DNA of 64,000 nucleotides from an uncultured Alphaproteobacteria bacterium (lineage in GTDB: Bacteria; Pseudomonadota; Alphaproteobacteria; RF32; CAG-239). The translations under genes and the position numbers were made by a program. Shown piece after piece: positions 9,393 to 17,520 of this stretch (the stretch's first letter is position 1; the number at the start of each line of letters is the position of its first letter). Location: NCBI GenBank assembly GCA_944390315.1, contig CALXPO010000024.1, positions 778-64,777 on the forward strand, in the 5' to 3' direction. Below the pieces are notes generated by a model. It saw only the letters and a program-made list of their open reading frames with translations, had not been told where the DNA came from and did not search any database.

Positions 9393-10243
9393 GAATGAAA
9401 AAACCTTGGATGGTTGTGATTGCCGGACCAAACGGCGCAGGAAAATCGACTTTTTATGATTTGGTCATTAAAGACGATCCTTTAATGAAAAATGCTCCTT
9501 TTATCAATTTGGATAATATTGCAAGAGATATATCCGAACCTCAGGATAATCCAAACAACAACATGATTAGTGCCGGAAAAATTGCCTATCAAGAAGTGGA
9601 AAAACACATTATCGGTAAAAAAAGTTTTGTATATGAAACGACGTCGTCGGGAAAAGTACACTTGCGCTTTATGGATGAAGCCAAAAAAAGAGGTTTTAAA
9701 GTTGCAACAATATTTATAGGTCTTTCGACACCCATGTTATCTTATTTGCGTGTTAAAGACAGAGTAACAAAAGGCGGACATGATGTCCCGACAAAAGATT
9801 TAAGACGTCGATATCCTAAAATAATGAAAAACTTTCCCGATATGCTAAAACGCAGCGATATCGCCGCTGTTTTTGATAATTCGGGCGATAAACCTTTCAA
9901 ACTTATTTTTCTCATGGACGATAAGGCTTTTCGCATTTTTTATAAATATCCTAAATGGCTTGAGGAATCTATCAAAGAACGCAAAACCCGCAAAGACATG
10001 ATTATGGTAAGAAATTCTCCTTCTGTTCATCAACTCAGCGATGAACAATTGCGCGAAATTTCAAATCAAGCCCTTAGCGCCGTAGCCGGTCTTAATAACG
10101 AAGCTATTCCGAATATTGTCGGTTCGGCCGATACCATCCCCGAAGATGCACGTGAACTTCCTAATCTACTTGAAGAAAATCAGGAAAAAAGCCGTAATGC
10201 AGCTCAGTGGATAAAAAGAATTAAAGAAGAAAATCAAAAATAG
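9389..10243 (+). CDS. Zeta-toxin family P-loop kinase (UNAG-kinase-like) with a C-terminal extension.
   Basis: N-terminal Walker A (VIAGPNGAGKSTF) followed by an INLDNIARD-type motif, as in zeta/PezT-family proteins. Low-GC island context. Confidence 0.65.
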   Translation: MRMKKPWMVVIAGPNGAGKSTFYDLVIKDDPLMKNAPFINLDNIARDISEPQDNPNNNMISAGKIAYQEVEKHIIGKKSFVYETTSSGKVHLRFMDEAKKRGFKVATIFIGLSTPMLSYLRVKDRVTKGGHDVPTKDLRRRYPKIMKNFPDMLKRSDIAAVFDNSGDKPFKLIFLMDDKAFRIFYKYPKWLEESIKERKTRKDMIMVRNSPSVHQLSDEQLREISNQALSAVAGLNNEAIPNIVGSADTIPEDARELPNLLEENQEKSRNAAQWIKRIKEENQK

Positions 10244-10750
10244 ACATTTCAGCCAAACCGAGGGGTGCTGTACAACCAGTAACTGGTGACTTTACTCACT
10301 CAGTTGAATTTGTAAATTGTCAATCTGATTTCTATACAACCTGCAAATTTGTGACTTGACTAACCTTTCTGACAAGACACCGTATTGTTTTCTCAGCGCA
10401 TTGAACTTCAGCCTCAAATAAATACCCCATTTTGTGAGAACCAACTTGTAGAAATAACTTAAGATTATTCTTTCATTTTTTGTCGGTCTGCTCAATATAT
10501 GGCATAATTGCTGTTTTTTACAATATGATATGCATGATTGACTTAATGTGTATGAGATTTAACTTTCCGACGAAGCGGTTAATATGAATATATGTAACTT
10601 ATTTATCTTTTTGCTTTTAAGCAATAAACTTAAATTAAGTTGGTAGAATTTATCAATAACTGAACAAGCTATATCTTTTATCTTTCAGCATAAAACTTGG
10701 GTACATAATTTGAGTGCATAACTTAGAATTTTGAAATTGCTTACAAAATT

Positions 10751-11374
10751 CTAGTAATTCCCATCATAATTATCACTCGATGGAGGATATTCATTATATT
10801 CGCTATATCCGTTTTGTTGTTCTCTCAAGCGTTGTTGCTGCTCATAATAACGCTGTTGACGACTTCTGGCTTCCTGCTCTGCCGCGGCTTCATAAATTGC
10901 GGTTATAATTGTATCACGAAATTCACGGGGATGGGCAATATCTCGGATAACCATACTACTTTCATCGTTTCCGACTTGAACAATGGCATCACCTGCTCCA
11001 AACAATCTCTGAATTAAACTTTGGACTATCTGCACATCGTTTATTTTTGCCAACGGAATATCTTTTTCTTTTATATTAATAATACCCCTGCGTACGTAAA
11101 CACGCTGATTGGTCACGGCATAGATTTTTAATTTATTATCAATTCTGCGATATATGTACGGGATAAACAAAATACCACCGATAAACGTTAAAAGACCTGC
11201 CACGGAATAAATATGTCCCAGCACATTAAAATGCTCTCCTTTACCGACACCGCTCCATGCTGCTAACATCATCAATATCCCGATAGACATTAATAAGGTA
11301 GGAATAACAAAAACTTTATAACTAAAATGCGCCTCGATTTTTACATATTCGTTTGGACGTAGTGCCAATGTCAT
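10751..11374 (-). CDS. Membrane protein with a bacterial PH domain (bPH_2/YdbS-like) and a Q/Y-rich C-terminal tail.
   Basis: Two N-terminal TM helices followed by a PH-like domain pattern. Low-complexity C-terminus (YEQQQRLREQQNGY...). Confidence 0.55.
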   Translation of the reverse strand: MTLALRPNEYVKIEAHFSYKVFVIPTLLMSIGILMMLAAWSGVGKGEHFNVLGHIYSVAGLLTFIGGILFIPYIYRRIDNKLKIYAVTNQRVYVRRGIINIKEKDIPLAKINDVQIVQSLIQRLFGAGDAIVQVGNDESSMVIRDIAHPREFRDTIITAIYEAAAEQEARSRQQRYYEQQQRLREQQNGYSEYNEYPPSSDNYDGNY

Positions 11375-11519
11375 TTTGCAGGACTCCTTTATGTCTTTTT
11401 GTTTGCGATTATAATTTAATTTTTTCAGAAAGACAATACGGATATTTTAATTGTAAATTAATAAAAGCAAGATTACTCTGGTATAGAGATTATTATAACT
11501 ACGATGAAAGGAGAATATT

Positions 11520-12680
11520 ATGACAACAAAACGTTTTATTTTAAACGAGACCAGTTACCACGGACAAGGAGCCATTTCGGCTATTGTTGATGAAGTCAAG
11601 ACACGAGGTTTTCATAAAGCTCTGATTGTGACTGATGCCGGTTTGGTAAAGTTCGGAGTTGTCAAAAAAGTTACTGATTTGCTTGATGCTGCCGGATTAA
11701 AATATGAAATTTTTGACGGCGTAAAGGCCAATCCGAGTGTCAATGTAGTTAAAAGCGGCGTTGAGGCTTTTAAAAAGGCCGGAGCTGATTATATGATTGC
11801 CATCGGCGGTGGTTCACCACAAGATACGGCAAAAGGAATCGGCATTATTATCAATAATCCGGAATTTGCCGATGTTGTTTCCTTGGAAGGCGTTGCTCCG
11901 ACCAAACATAAAAGCGTACCGGTCATTGCCGTTGCCACAACTGCCGGAACTGCCGCAGAAACAACTATCAACTATGTTATTACCGATGAAGAGAAAAGAC
12001 GCAAATTTGTTTGTGTCGACCCTCATGATATTCCTGTTGTCGCCGTTGTCGATCCCGACATGATGGCCTCTATGCCCAAAGGTTTGACTGCAGCTACCGG
12101 AATGGACGCCCTAACCCATGCCATTGAAGGTTATACGACCCTAGCTGCTTGGGAATTAGCCGATACCCTCAATCTTAAAGCCATTGAAATTATTTCCCGC
12201 TCCCTGAGAAAATCTGTTGCCGGTGATGCCAAAGCCAGAGAAGATATGGCTCTTGGTCAGTATGTAACCGGTATGGCTTTTTCAAACGTCGGCTTGGGTG
12301 TTGTTCATGGTATGGCTCACCCTTTAAGCGCTTTTTATGATACGCCTCACGGGGTTGCAAATGCCGTACTTTTGCCTTACGTTATGGAATTTAATGCACC
12401 TTATACCGGTGAAAAATTCCGTGAAATCGCTCGAGCCATGGGAGTTAAAAATGTTGATAATATGTCACAAGAAGAATATCGTCAGGCAGCTATCAACGCC
12501 GTACGACAATTATCAAAAGATGTAAATATTCCTCAAACCCTAAAAGAAATCGGCGTTAAAGAAGAAGATTTGGATGCTTTGGCAGAAGCAGCCATGGCTG
12601 ATGTCTGCACCGGCGGCAATCCGCGCCCCTGCACCAAAGAACTGGTCTTAGAAGTTTATAAGACTGCTTTCGGTAAATAA
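11520..12680 (+). CDS. fucO: Iron-containing alcohol dehydrogenase (lactaldehyde reductase FucO-like).
   Basis: Near full-length similarity to group III Fe-ADH: GGGSPQDTAKG, metal-binding His motifs, and a FucO-like N-terminus MTTKRFILNETSYHGQGA. Confidence 0.8.
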   Translation: MTTKRFILNETSYHGQGAISAIVDEVKTRGFHKALIVTDAGLVKFGVVKKVTDLLDAAGLKYEIFDGVKANPSVNVVKSGVEAFKKAGADYMIAIGGGSPQDTAKGIGIIINNPEFADVVSLEGVAPTKHKSVPVIAVATTAGTAAETTINYVITDEEKRRKFVCVDPHDIPVVAVVDPDMMASMPKGLTAATGMDALTHAIEGYTTLAAWELADTLNLKAIEIISRSLRKSVAGDAKAREDMALGQYVTGMAFSNVGLGVVHGMAHPLSAFYDTPHGVANAVLLPYVMEFNAPYTGEKFREIARAMGVKNVDNMSQEEYRQAAINAVRQLSKDVNIPQTLKEIGVKEEDLDALAEAAMADVCTGGNPRPCTKELVLEVYKTAFGK

Positions 12681-12743
12681 AATATGGCGGCTGGCTTCAA
12701 AAAAAAATGAACCTCATAAAAAATATCTCGTTATAGCCTATGT

Positions 12744-13028
12744 ATGGAGGGAAAAATGGACGATATATCAAAATTGCTACAAGAAGCCAAGCCGCTTTAT
12801 TTTGCCCGCAAAAAACGGAACAACCAAATTAAAGCCGTTCTTTGTATGGCATTATTTGCTATCGGACTAAATTGGAGCATTCTTTCTTATAAACCTACTT
12901 ATGAAGGCTATGAAAATAATGTTTTGGTTTCGATGCTGGAACAGCAAACTTCTTTGACCGACCAAGAAACGGTTATTGAGCAAATGGGGCTTCCGGTTGA
13001 CGATTACGGTTTATTGATGATTGGATAA
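12744..13028 (+). CDS. Hypothetical small single-pass membrane protein immediately upstream of the ECF sigma factor (possible cognate regulator).
   Basis: ORF with one TM segment. Stop is 4 nt before the sigma factor start. Confidence 0.35.
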   Translation: MEGKMDDISKLLQEAKPLYFARKKRNNQIKAVLCMALFAIGLNWSILSYKPTYEGYENNVLVSMLEQQTSLTDQETVIEQMGLPVDDYGLLMIG

Positions 13029-13031
13029 AAG

Positions 13032-13529
13032 ATGAAAGAAATAATTGCCGGAAACAAAAGTTTGGTACGTGCCATCATCAGAAAAATTACCGGTTCTTAT
13101 AACGAAGACATAGAACAGGAAGTTTATATCAAGACATGGCGTAATTTGGATAAATATAAAGAGGAAGGCAAATTTCGCCAGTGGCTCGGAACATTGACAG
13201 CTAATGTTTGCCGCGATTATTTCAAATCCAAACGCTATATTCAAAGCCGCGTTGAAACCAGCGACGAAGAAATACTTGAAACACCTTGTGTCTCTTCTTC
13301 TCCCGAAGAAATTATCGACAGCAAAAATCGTCAAAAAATTATTTTGAATGCCGTAAATCATCTTCCGGCAAAAATGAAAAAAGTTGTTGTACTTGCCGAA
13401 TTTGAAGGTTGGTCACAAGAACAAATAGCCACTAAGCTCGGTATTCCTGTCGGAACCGTTAAATCTCGTCTGTTTAATGCCAAAAAAATACTAAGCGAAC
13501 AGTTAAGCTTTTTAATTAAAGGAGAATAA
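13032..13529 (+). CDS. ECF (sigma-70 family, group IV) RNA polymerase sigma factor.
   Basis: Region 2 (DIEQEVYIKTW) and region 4 (VVLAEFEGWSQEQIATKLGIPVGTVKSRL) signatures. Confidence 0.85.
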   Translation: MKEIIAGNKSLVRAIIRKITGSYNEDIEQEVYIKTWRNLDKYKEEGKFRQWLGTLTANVCRDYFKSKRYIQSRVETSDEEILETPCVSSSPEEIIDSKNRQKIILNAVNHLPAKMKKVVVLAEFEGWSQEQIATKLGIPVGTVKSRLFNAKKILSEQLSFLIKGE

Positions 13530-13530
13530 C

Positions 13531-14118
13531 ATGAATAAAAAATTTTTAACATTAGCTTTGGCCGCTCTGCTCATCAGCGTATCTTCCGCCAATGCCGCGC
13601 CAAAACCACGTCCGATGGATGATCCCAAACGTCCGTCTCCGGAAATGATGGAAGTCAAATTGATTGAACAATTAAAACTGACACCCGAACAATATAATAC
13701 CATTCAGGAACGCCGCAAACTCGATAGGGAAAAAATGAAACCCCTGATGGATCAAATGAAAGAATTACATCAACAAATGAATGAAATTCGCAAAGCTAAT
13801 ATGAAGGCTTTTGAAGATATTTTGACCCCTGAGCAAAAGGCTGAATTTGATAAAATCAAAGCCGAACGTAAAGCTCGTCATGAAGAAAGAATGAAAAGAC
13901 ATCCGGGACCAAAAATGAAAAGAGGACATTTGCCGCCGGAACATATGAAACGCCCGCCGTTACCGGAACATCACCTTGCTGCACCGGCACCTAAAGATGC
14001 TCCTGCTCCGATGCCTGAAGATATACTGGCACCAATGCCTGAAGATGCCCCTGCTCCAATGCCCGAAGCACAACCGGCTTCCGAAACTCCGGCACCAAAG
14101 CCTGAGCCGGCAAAATAA
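13531..14118 (+). CDS. Periplasmic Spy/CpxP-family (LTXXQ motif) protein with a Pro/Ala-rich repetitive C-terminal tail.
   Basis: Signal peptide. Two LTPEQ motifs. C-terminal APAPMPED repeats. Confidence 0.7.
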   Translation: MNKKFLTLALAALLISVSSANAAPKPRPMDDPKRPSPEMMEVKLIEQLKLTPEQYNTIQERRKLDREKMKPLMDQMKELHQQMNEIRKANMKAFEDILTPEQKAEFDKIKAERKARHEERMKRHPGPKMKRGHLPPEHMKRPPLPEHHLAAPAPKDAPAPMPEDILAPMPEDAPAPMPEAQPASETPAPKPEPAK

Positions 14119-14127
14119 GCTAAGACA

Positions 14128-14274
14128 AATAGATGCCCCCAGTTTACTGGGGGTTCTATAACAGCTGCAAACCTTACGGTTTGACCACGCTCGTTGGCGT
14201 GGAGCGGTGTTGTTCCAACACCTTGGCATTCGGCCCCGAGTAAACTCGGGGTTTTCTGTAAGGCAACTAATAAA
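14128..14274 (+). repeat. Copy 1 of a roughly 146-bp structured dispersed repeat with four hairpins. Sits between convergent genes next to a bidirectional terminator hairpin (14279-14300).
   Basis: Near-identical (inverted) copy at 30003-30148 and a degenerate copy at 46463-46596. Internal palindromes: CCCCAG-TTTA-CTGGGG, CCACGC-CAACGA-GCGTGG, GGTGTTG-GAA-CAACACC, CCCCGAG-TAAACT-CGGGG. Confidence 0.8.
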
Positions 14275-14300
14275 AAAATCTCCGTTTATACGGAGATTTT

Positions 14301-15422
14301 TTATTGTTTCCACCATTTCAAAAAATTATCCCAAACCGAACTCGTCTTGGTCGGTATTGCTTTTTCAGAGTATTTGTTCGCCGGTAACGGAAAAATCTCT
14401 TTACCGTAAGGCGTTAAAACCTGCTTGATATATTCCGTACTGACGCGGCAAGTATGTATTCTTTTAAGCGAAGATTGACAAATATTAAGCCAAGCATCAC
14501 CTTGGGAAAACAAAAATAAAGGATTTTTTGATTTTAAAAATATCTTTGAAAACTCCGTCGGCTGAGATTGAAAGACCAATACCGACAAAAAATCACTTCG
14601 CTGCAAAAAAGAAATTTTTTCATAGTCATTATCCGAAGTCGACAGGACTAAAAAAATTCCACAAGCACCACCTTTTTGCAGCAATAAAGACATATAATTT
14701 TTAATCATAGATTCTTGTTGCATTAGACTGAGAAATTCATCTAAAACAACAATAATATACGGCAATTGTCCGACATGATTATGATAATCTCTGATATGGC
14801 GGCTGCCGCTTTTTTGAAAAAGCAACCGACGCCGTTCCGTTTCTTCGCATAACCAAGCCAAAGTCTCATGAACCTGCTCCGGTGTATTTAAAACCGGTGC
14901 CAACAAATAACTTTGCTGATTATATATATCAAACTCTCCATCGGCATTGAACAGAATGAACTTTATTTCATCTATGTTTTTCTTTAGAACCAAAGACAAA
15001 ATCAACGCCTTCAATGCCGATGTTTTGCCGCAGCCGCTTGTACCTAAAAGCAACAAATGTCGCATTTGATACAAATCAAATACTTGCGGAATACCGCTTA
15101 CATCGGTTCCAAAACAGACGGGCAATAAGGCGTGCGTCTTTTTAAATACTTCACCGGCTGACAAGGTTTCAAAATCAAGGGGGCTTTCCTGTTCAGCCGA
15201 AATTTCCAACAATAAGTTTTCAGTTTCGGGAAGATTCTCGCTAATAACTGACTTGCATCCCAGCTCTTCCATCATTTGCGGAATAATTTTTTCCAGCTCA
15301 CGGCTTTGATTTTCATCTATCCATACCAGCTCGGCCAACTCACATCTCGGTCCGCGACCTTGATGAATCATCTTGACTTTTAACCCGTGGACGTTCAAGT
15401 AATTTGCAACTTGCGATATCAC
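14301..15422 (-). CDS. FtsK/SpoIIIE-like P-loop ATPase. Motor-domain core only: no membrane anchor and no gamma domain.
   Basis: Walker A (LLLGTSGCGKTS), Walker B (YIIVVLDEF) and a GIFLVLSTS block align with the FtsK alpha/beta motor. At 373 aa it lacks the terminal domains. Confidence 0.65.
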   Translation of the reverse strand: MISQVANYLNVHGLKVKMIHQGRGPRCELAELVWIDENQSRELEKIIPQMMEELGCKSVISENLPETENLLLEISAEQESPLDFETLSAGEVFKKTHALLPVCFGTDVSGIPQVFDLYQMRHLLLLGTSGCGKTSALKALILSLVLKKNIDEIKFILFNADGEFDIYNQQSYLLAPVLNTPEQVHETLAWLCEETERRRLLFQKSGSRHIRDYHNHVGQLPYIIVVLDEFLSLMQQESMIKNYMSLLLQKGGACGIFLVLSTSDNDYEKISFLQRSDFLSVLVFQSQPTEFSKIFLKSKNPLFLFSQGDAWLNICQSSLKRIHTCRVSTEYIKQVLTPYGKEIFPLPANKYSEKAIPTKTSSVWDNFLKWWKQ

Positions 15423-15430
15423 CTTTTATC

Positions 15431-16000
15431 CTATAATTTTGCCAATTTTTGAGCTATTTGCAAAGCCAACTCATTAATCAACTTACTCTGCACTTCGGTT
15501 AAAGATTCAAAATCTGCTCCGAGCTCTGCCGATTGTTTACTTCTTTGTCTGTAAATGACGTCACCGTTTTTATATACCGTCCACCAAATATCCGTTTCCA
15601 TTTTTTGACCTAACACGGCACTCCAATTATTAATTTCGATTGTGACCGTATAAACAAAACTTTCCGAGCTCAAAGTTTTAAATTTTACGACTGACTTCGG
15701 CAAATATAAAGATATGTCATCGGCCAAAACCCGTGAAAATGAACTTGAGAGAGGTTCTGCCCAGCGGTTGAACTCAGATACTTTTAATTCTGCCGTTCCC
15801 GCTTCGGCGGTCACGATTTGCGGTCTGTCCAAATATTTCGGAACAAAGGCCTCTTCCACACCGATATCCATACGGCGGTTACTCACGGCTTTTACATTTG
15901 TATCGGCAACCTGCAACTGATAAAAACGAGATTGATTGGTACTTCCGAAAAAGCAGCCGCTCAATAAAAACATCACGGCCAACAATACTATTTTTTTCAT
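15431..16000 (-). CDS. ABC-type transport auxiliary lipoprotein (PqiC/YmbA, DUF330-like) of the Mla/MCE system.
   Basis: Lipobox LLSGC. Sits directly downstream of the MCE (MlaD) gene. Confidence 0.6.
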   Translation of the reverse strand: MKKIVLLAVMFLLSGCFFGSTNQSRFYQLQVADTNVKAVSNRRMDIGVEEAFVPKYLDRPQIVTAEAGTAELKVSEFNRWAEPLSSSFSRVLADDISLYLPKSVVKFKTLSSESFVYTVTIEINNWSAVLGQKMETDIWWTVYKNGDVIYRQRSKQSAELGADFESLTEVQSKLINELALQIAQKLAKL

Positions 16001-16001
16001 C

Positions 16002-16766
16002 TCAGTAACCTTCCTTTCCTCTTAACAATGCTTCGGGATGTCTTTCGATATAATCGGCGAAGTTGCCTAACGATTTGGCGGCTCCCGAGATATTATTCAT
16101 CGCCCGATTAAAATTACGCAGGGTTTCGGGAATTTCCTTTGTCTGTTGCGGAATTTTTGCGAAATCCGTTAATACCGTATTGAGTTGCGGCACGATTTTT
16201 TCATTCAGCGAATCCAAAAATGTATTCATTTTTACCACGGTTTGTTTAAGCGGTATATCCTGAAAATCTCGAGAAAGAGCGGCCAATGGCGATAGTACGG
16301 TCGGAATTTCGGGGACATTGCCTATTGTTTTATGATAAACTAACGGCGTATCCGGCAACATTTCAAGCTCTATCATCAGCTGTCCGGTTAGATAATTTTG
16401 TGTATTCAGTCTTGCACGCAAACCTTTATCGACCAATTGGGTCAAAACTTGCTGTCTGGTTTCGTTCGGCAATGACGGATTAAAGTTTTGACGATTGAAC
16501 GATACGTAAACGGGAATACTGAATTCGCTGTCTTTTAAGTTGGTTATCAAATCTATTTTAGATACGCGCCCGATATTCACCCCTTTGAACACAACCGGAG
16601 AACCGACATCCAAACCTCTTAGGGATTCCGAAAAATACATAACCACCATACTTTGATTCTGCAAGGTAATTTTTTCGGCAACAAACATGCCTATGACGGC
16701 ACCAAACATTAAAACGCCGCAGACAATAAACAAGCCTATCAATTTGCTGTTTGGTTTCTTACGCAT
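16002..16766 (-). CDS. mlaD: MCE-family protein (MlaD-like substrate-binding component).
   Basis: N-terminal TM plus MCE domain (VGSPVVFKGVNIGRV). Confidence 0.8.
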   Translation of the reverse strand: MRKKPNSKLIGLFIVCGVLMFGAVIGMFVAEKITLQNQSMVVMYFSESLRGLDVGSPVVFKGVNIGRVSKIDLITNLKDSEFSIPVYVSFNRQNFNPSLPNETRQQVLTQLVDKGLRARLNTQNYLTGQLMIELEMLPDTPLVYHKTIGNVPEIPTVLSPLAALSRDFQDIPLKQTVVKMNTFLDSLNEKIVPQLNTVLTDFAKIPQQTKEIPETLRNFNRAMNNISGAAKSLGNFADYIERHPEALLRGKEGY

Positions 16767-17520
16767 TTTTTGCTTCTCCTCTGGTTAAAAAATTGTAGAC
16801 TTTTTCATTCGGCGGATTTTTCAACATTTCTTTGGGATTGCCGTATCCCATAATCGATTTGCTTTCACCGTCCAAAAAAATTGAATTGCTCCCGATAGCA
16901 AAGATAGAGGCCAACTCATGCGTAACGACCACGATGGTTGTCCCCAAATTGTGATTTATATCCAAAATCAGGTCATCCAGCAATTTTGAGCTGACCGGAT
17001 CAAGACCGGCTGACGGTTCGTCAAAATAGACGATTTCGGGATCCAGGGCCAAAGCTCGTGCCAAGCCTGCTCTTTTTTTCATACCGCCGCTGATTTCGGA
17101 AGGATAAAATTCTTCAAATCCGGCCAACCCGACCAAGGCTAATTTGAGCGATACCAACTCATTAATTTCTTGCTCGGAATAAGTGCTATACTGTTGCAAC
17201 GGCAAAGCTATATTTTCTGCCAAAGTCATTGAGCTGAATAAAGCGCCGCTTTGATATAAAATACCGCATTTGCGCATAATGTCATCGCGGACTGACGGTT
17301 TGGCTTTGGTAAAATCAATACCGTCAATCATAATTGTTCCTTTTTGGGGCATAACCAAACCGGTTAAGGCTCTCAGCATTGAACTTTTGCCGCAACCGGA
17401 ACCGCCCATAATGATAAAAACATCACCTTTGTTGATGTTATAATTCAAATTTTTAAGCAAAACGAAATCACCATAACCTATGGTTAAATCTTTAACCGCT
17501 ATTTGCACTTCTTTTGTCAT
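16759..17520 (-). CDS. mlaF: ABC transporter ATP-binding protein (MlaF-like).
   Basis: Walker A (GGSGCGKSS), ABC signature (LSGGMKKR) and Walker B (IVYFDEP). Confidence 0.85.
   Translation of the reverse strand: MTKEVQIAVKDLTIGYGDFVLLKNLNYNINKGDVFIIMGGSGCGKSSMLRALTGLVMPQKGTIMIDGIDFTKAKPSVRDDIMRKCGILYQSGALFSSMTLAENIALPLQQYSTYSEQEINELVSLKLALVGLAGFEEFYPSEISGGMKKRAGLARALALDPEIVYFDEPSAGLDPVSSKLLDDLILDINHNLGTTIVVVTHELASIFAIGSNSIFLDGESKSIMGYGNPKEMLKNPPNEKVYNFLTRGEAKNA

Noticed and set aside
10292-10495. 67-aa minus-strand ORF in the 507-bp AT-rich tail after the zeta gene
   Set aside because: No RBS or domain. It is possibly a relic of a decayed gene, such as an integrase or transposase fragment. 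I cannot support it as a functional CDS from the sequence alone.
13011-13361. 116-aa minus-strand ORF antisense to the ECF sigma gene
   Set aside because: The sigma-70 region 2 and region 4 motifs on the plus strand are unambiguous, so the antisense frame is spurious.
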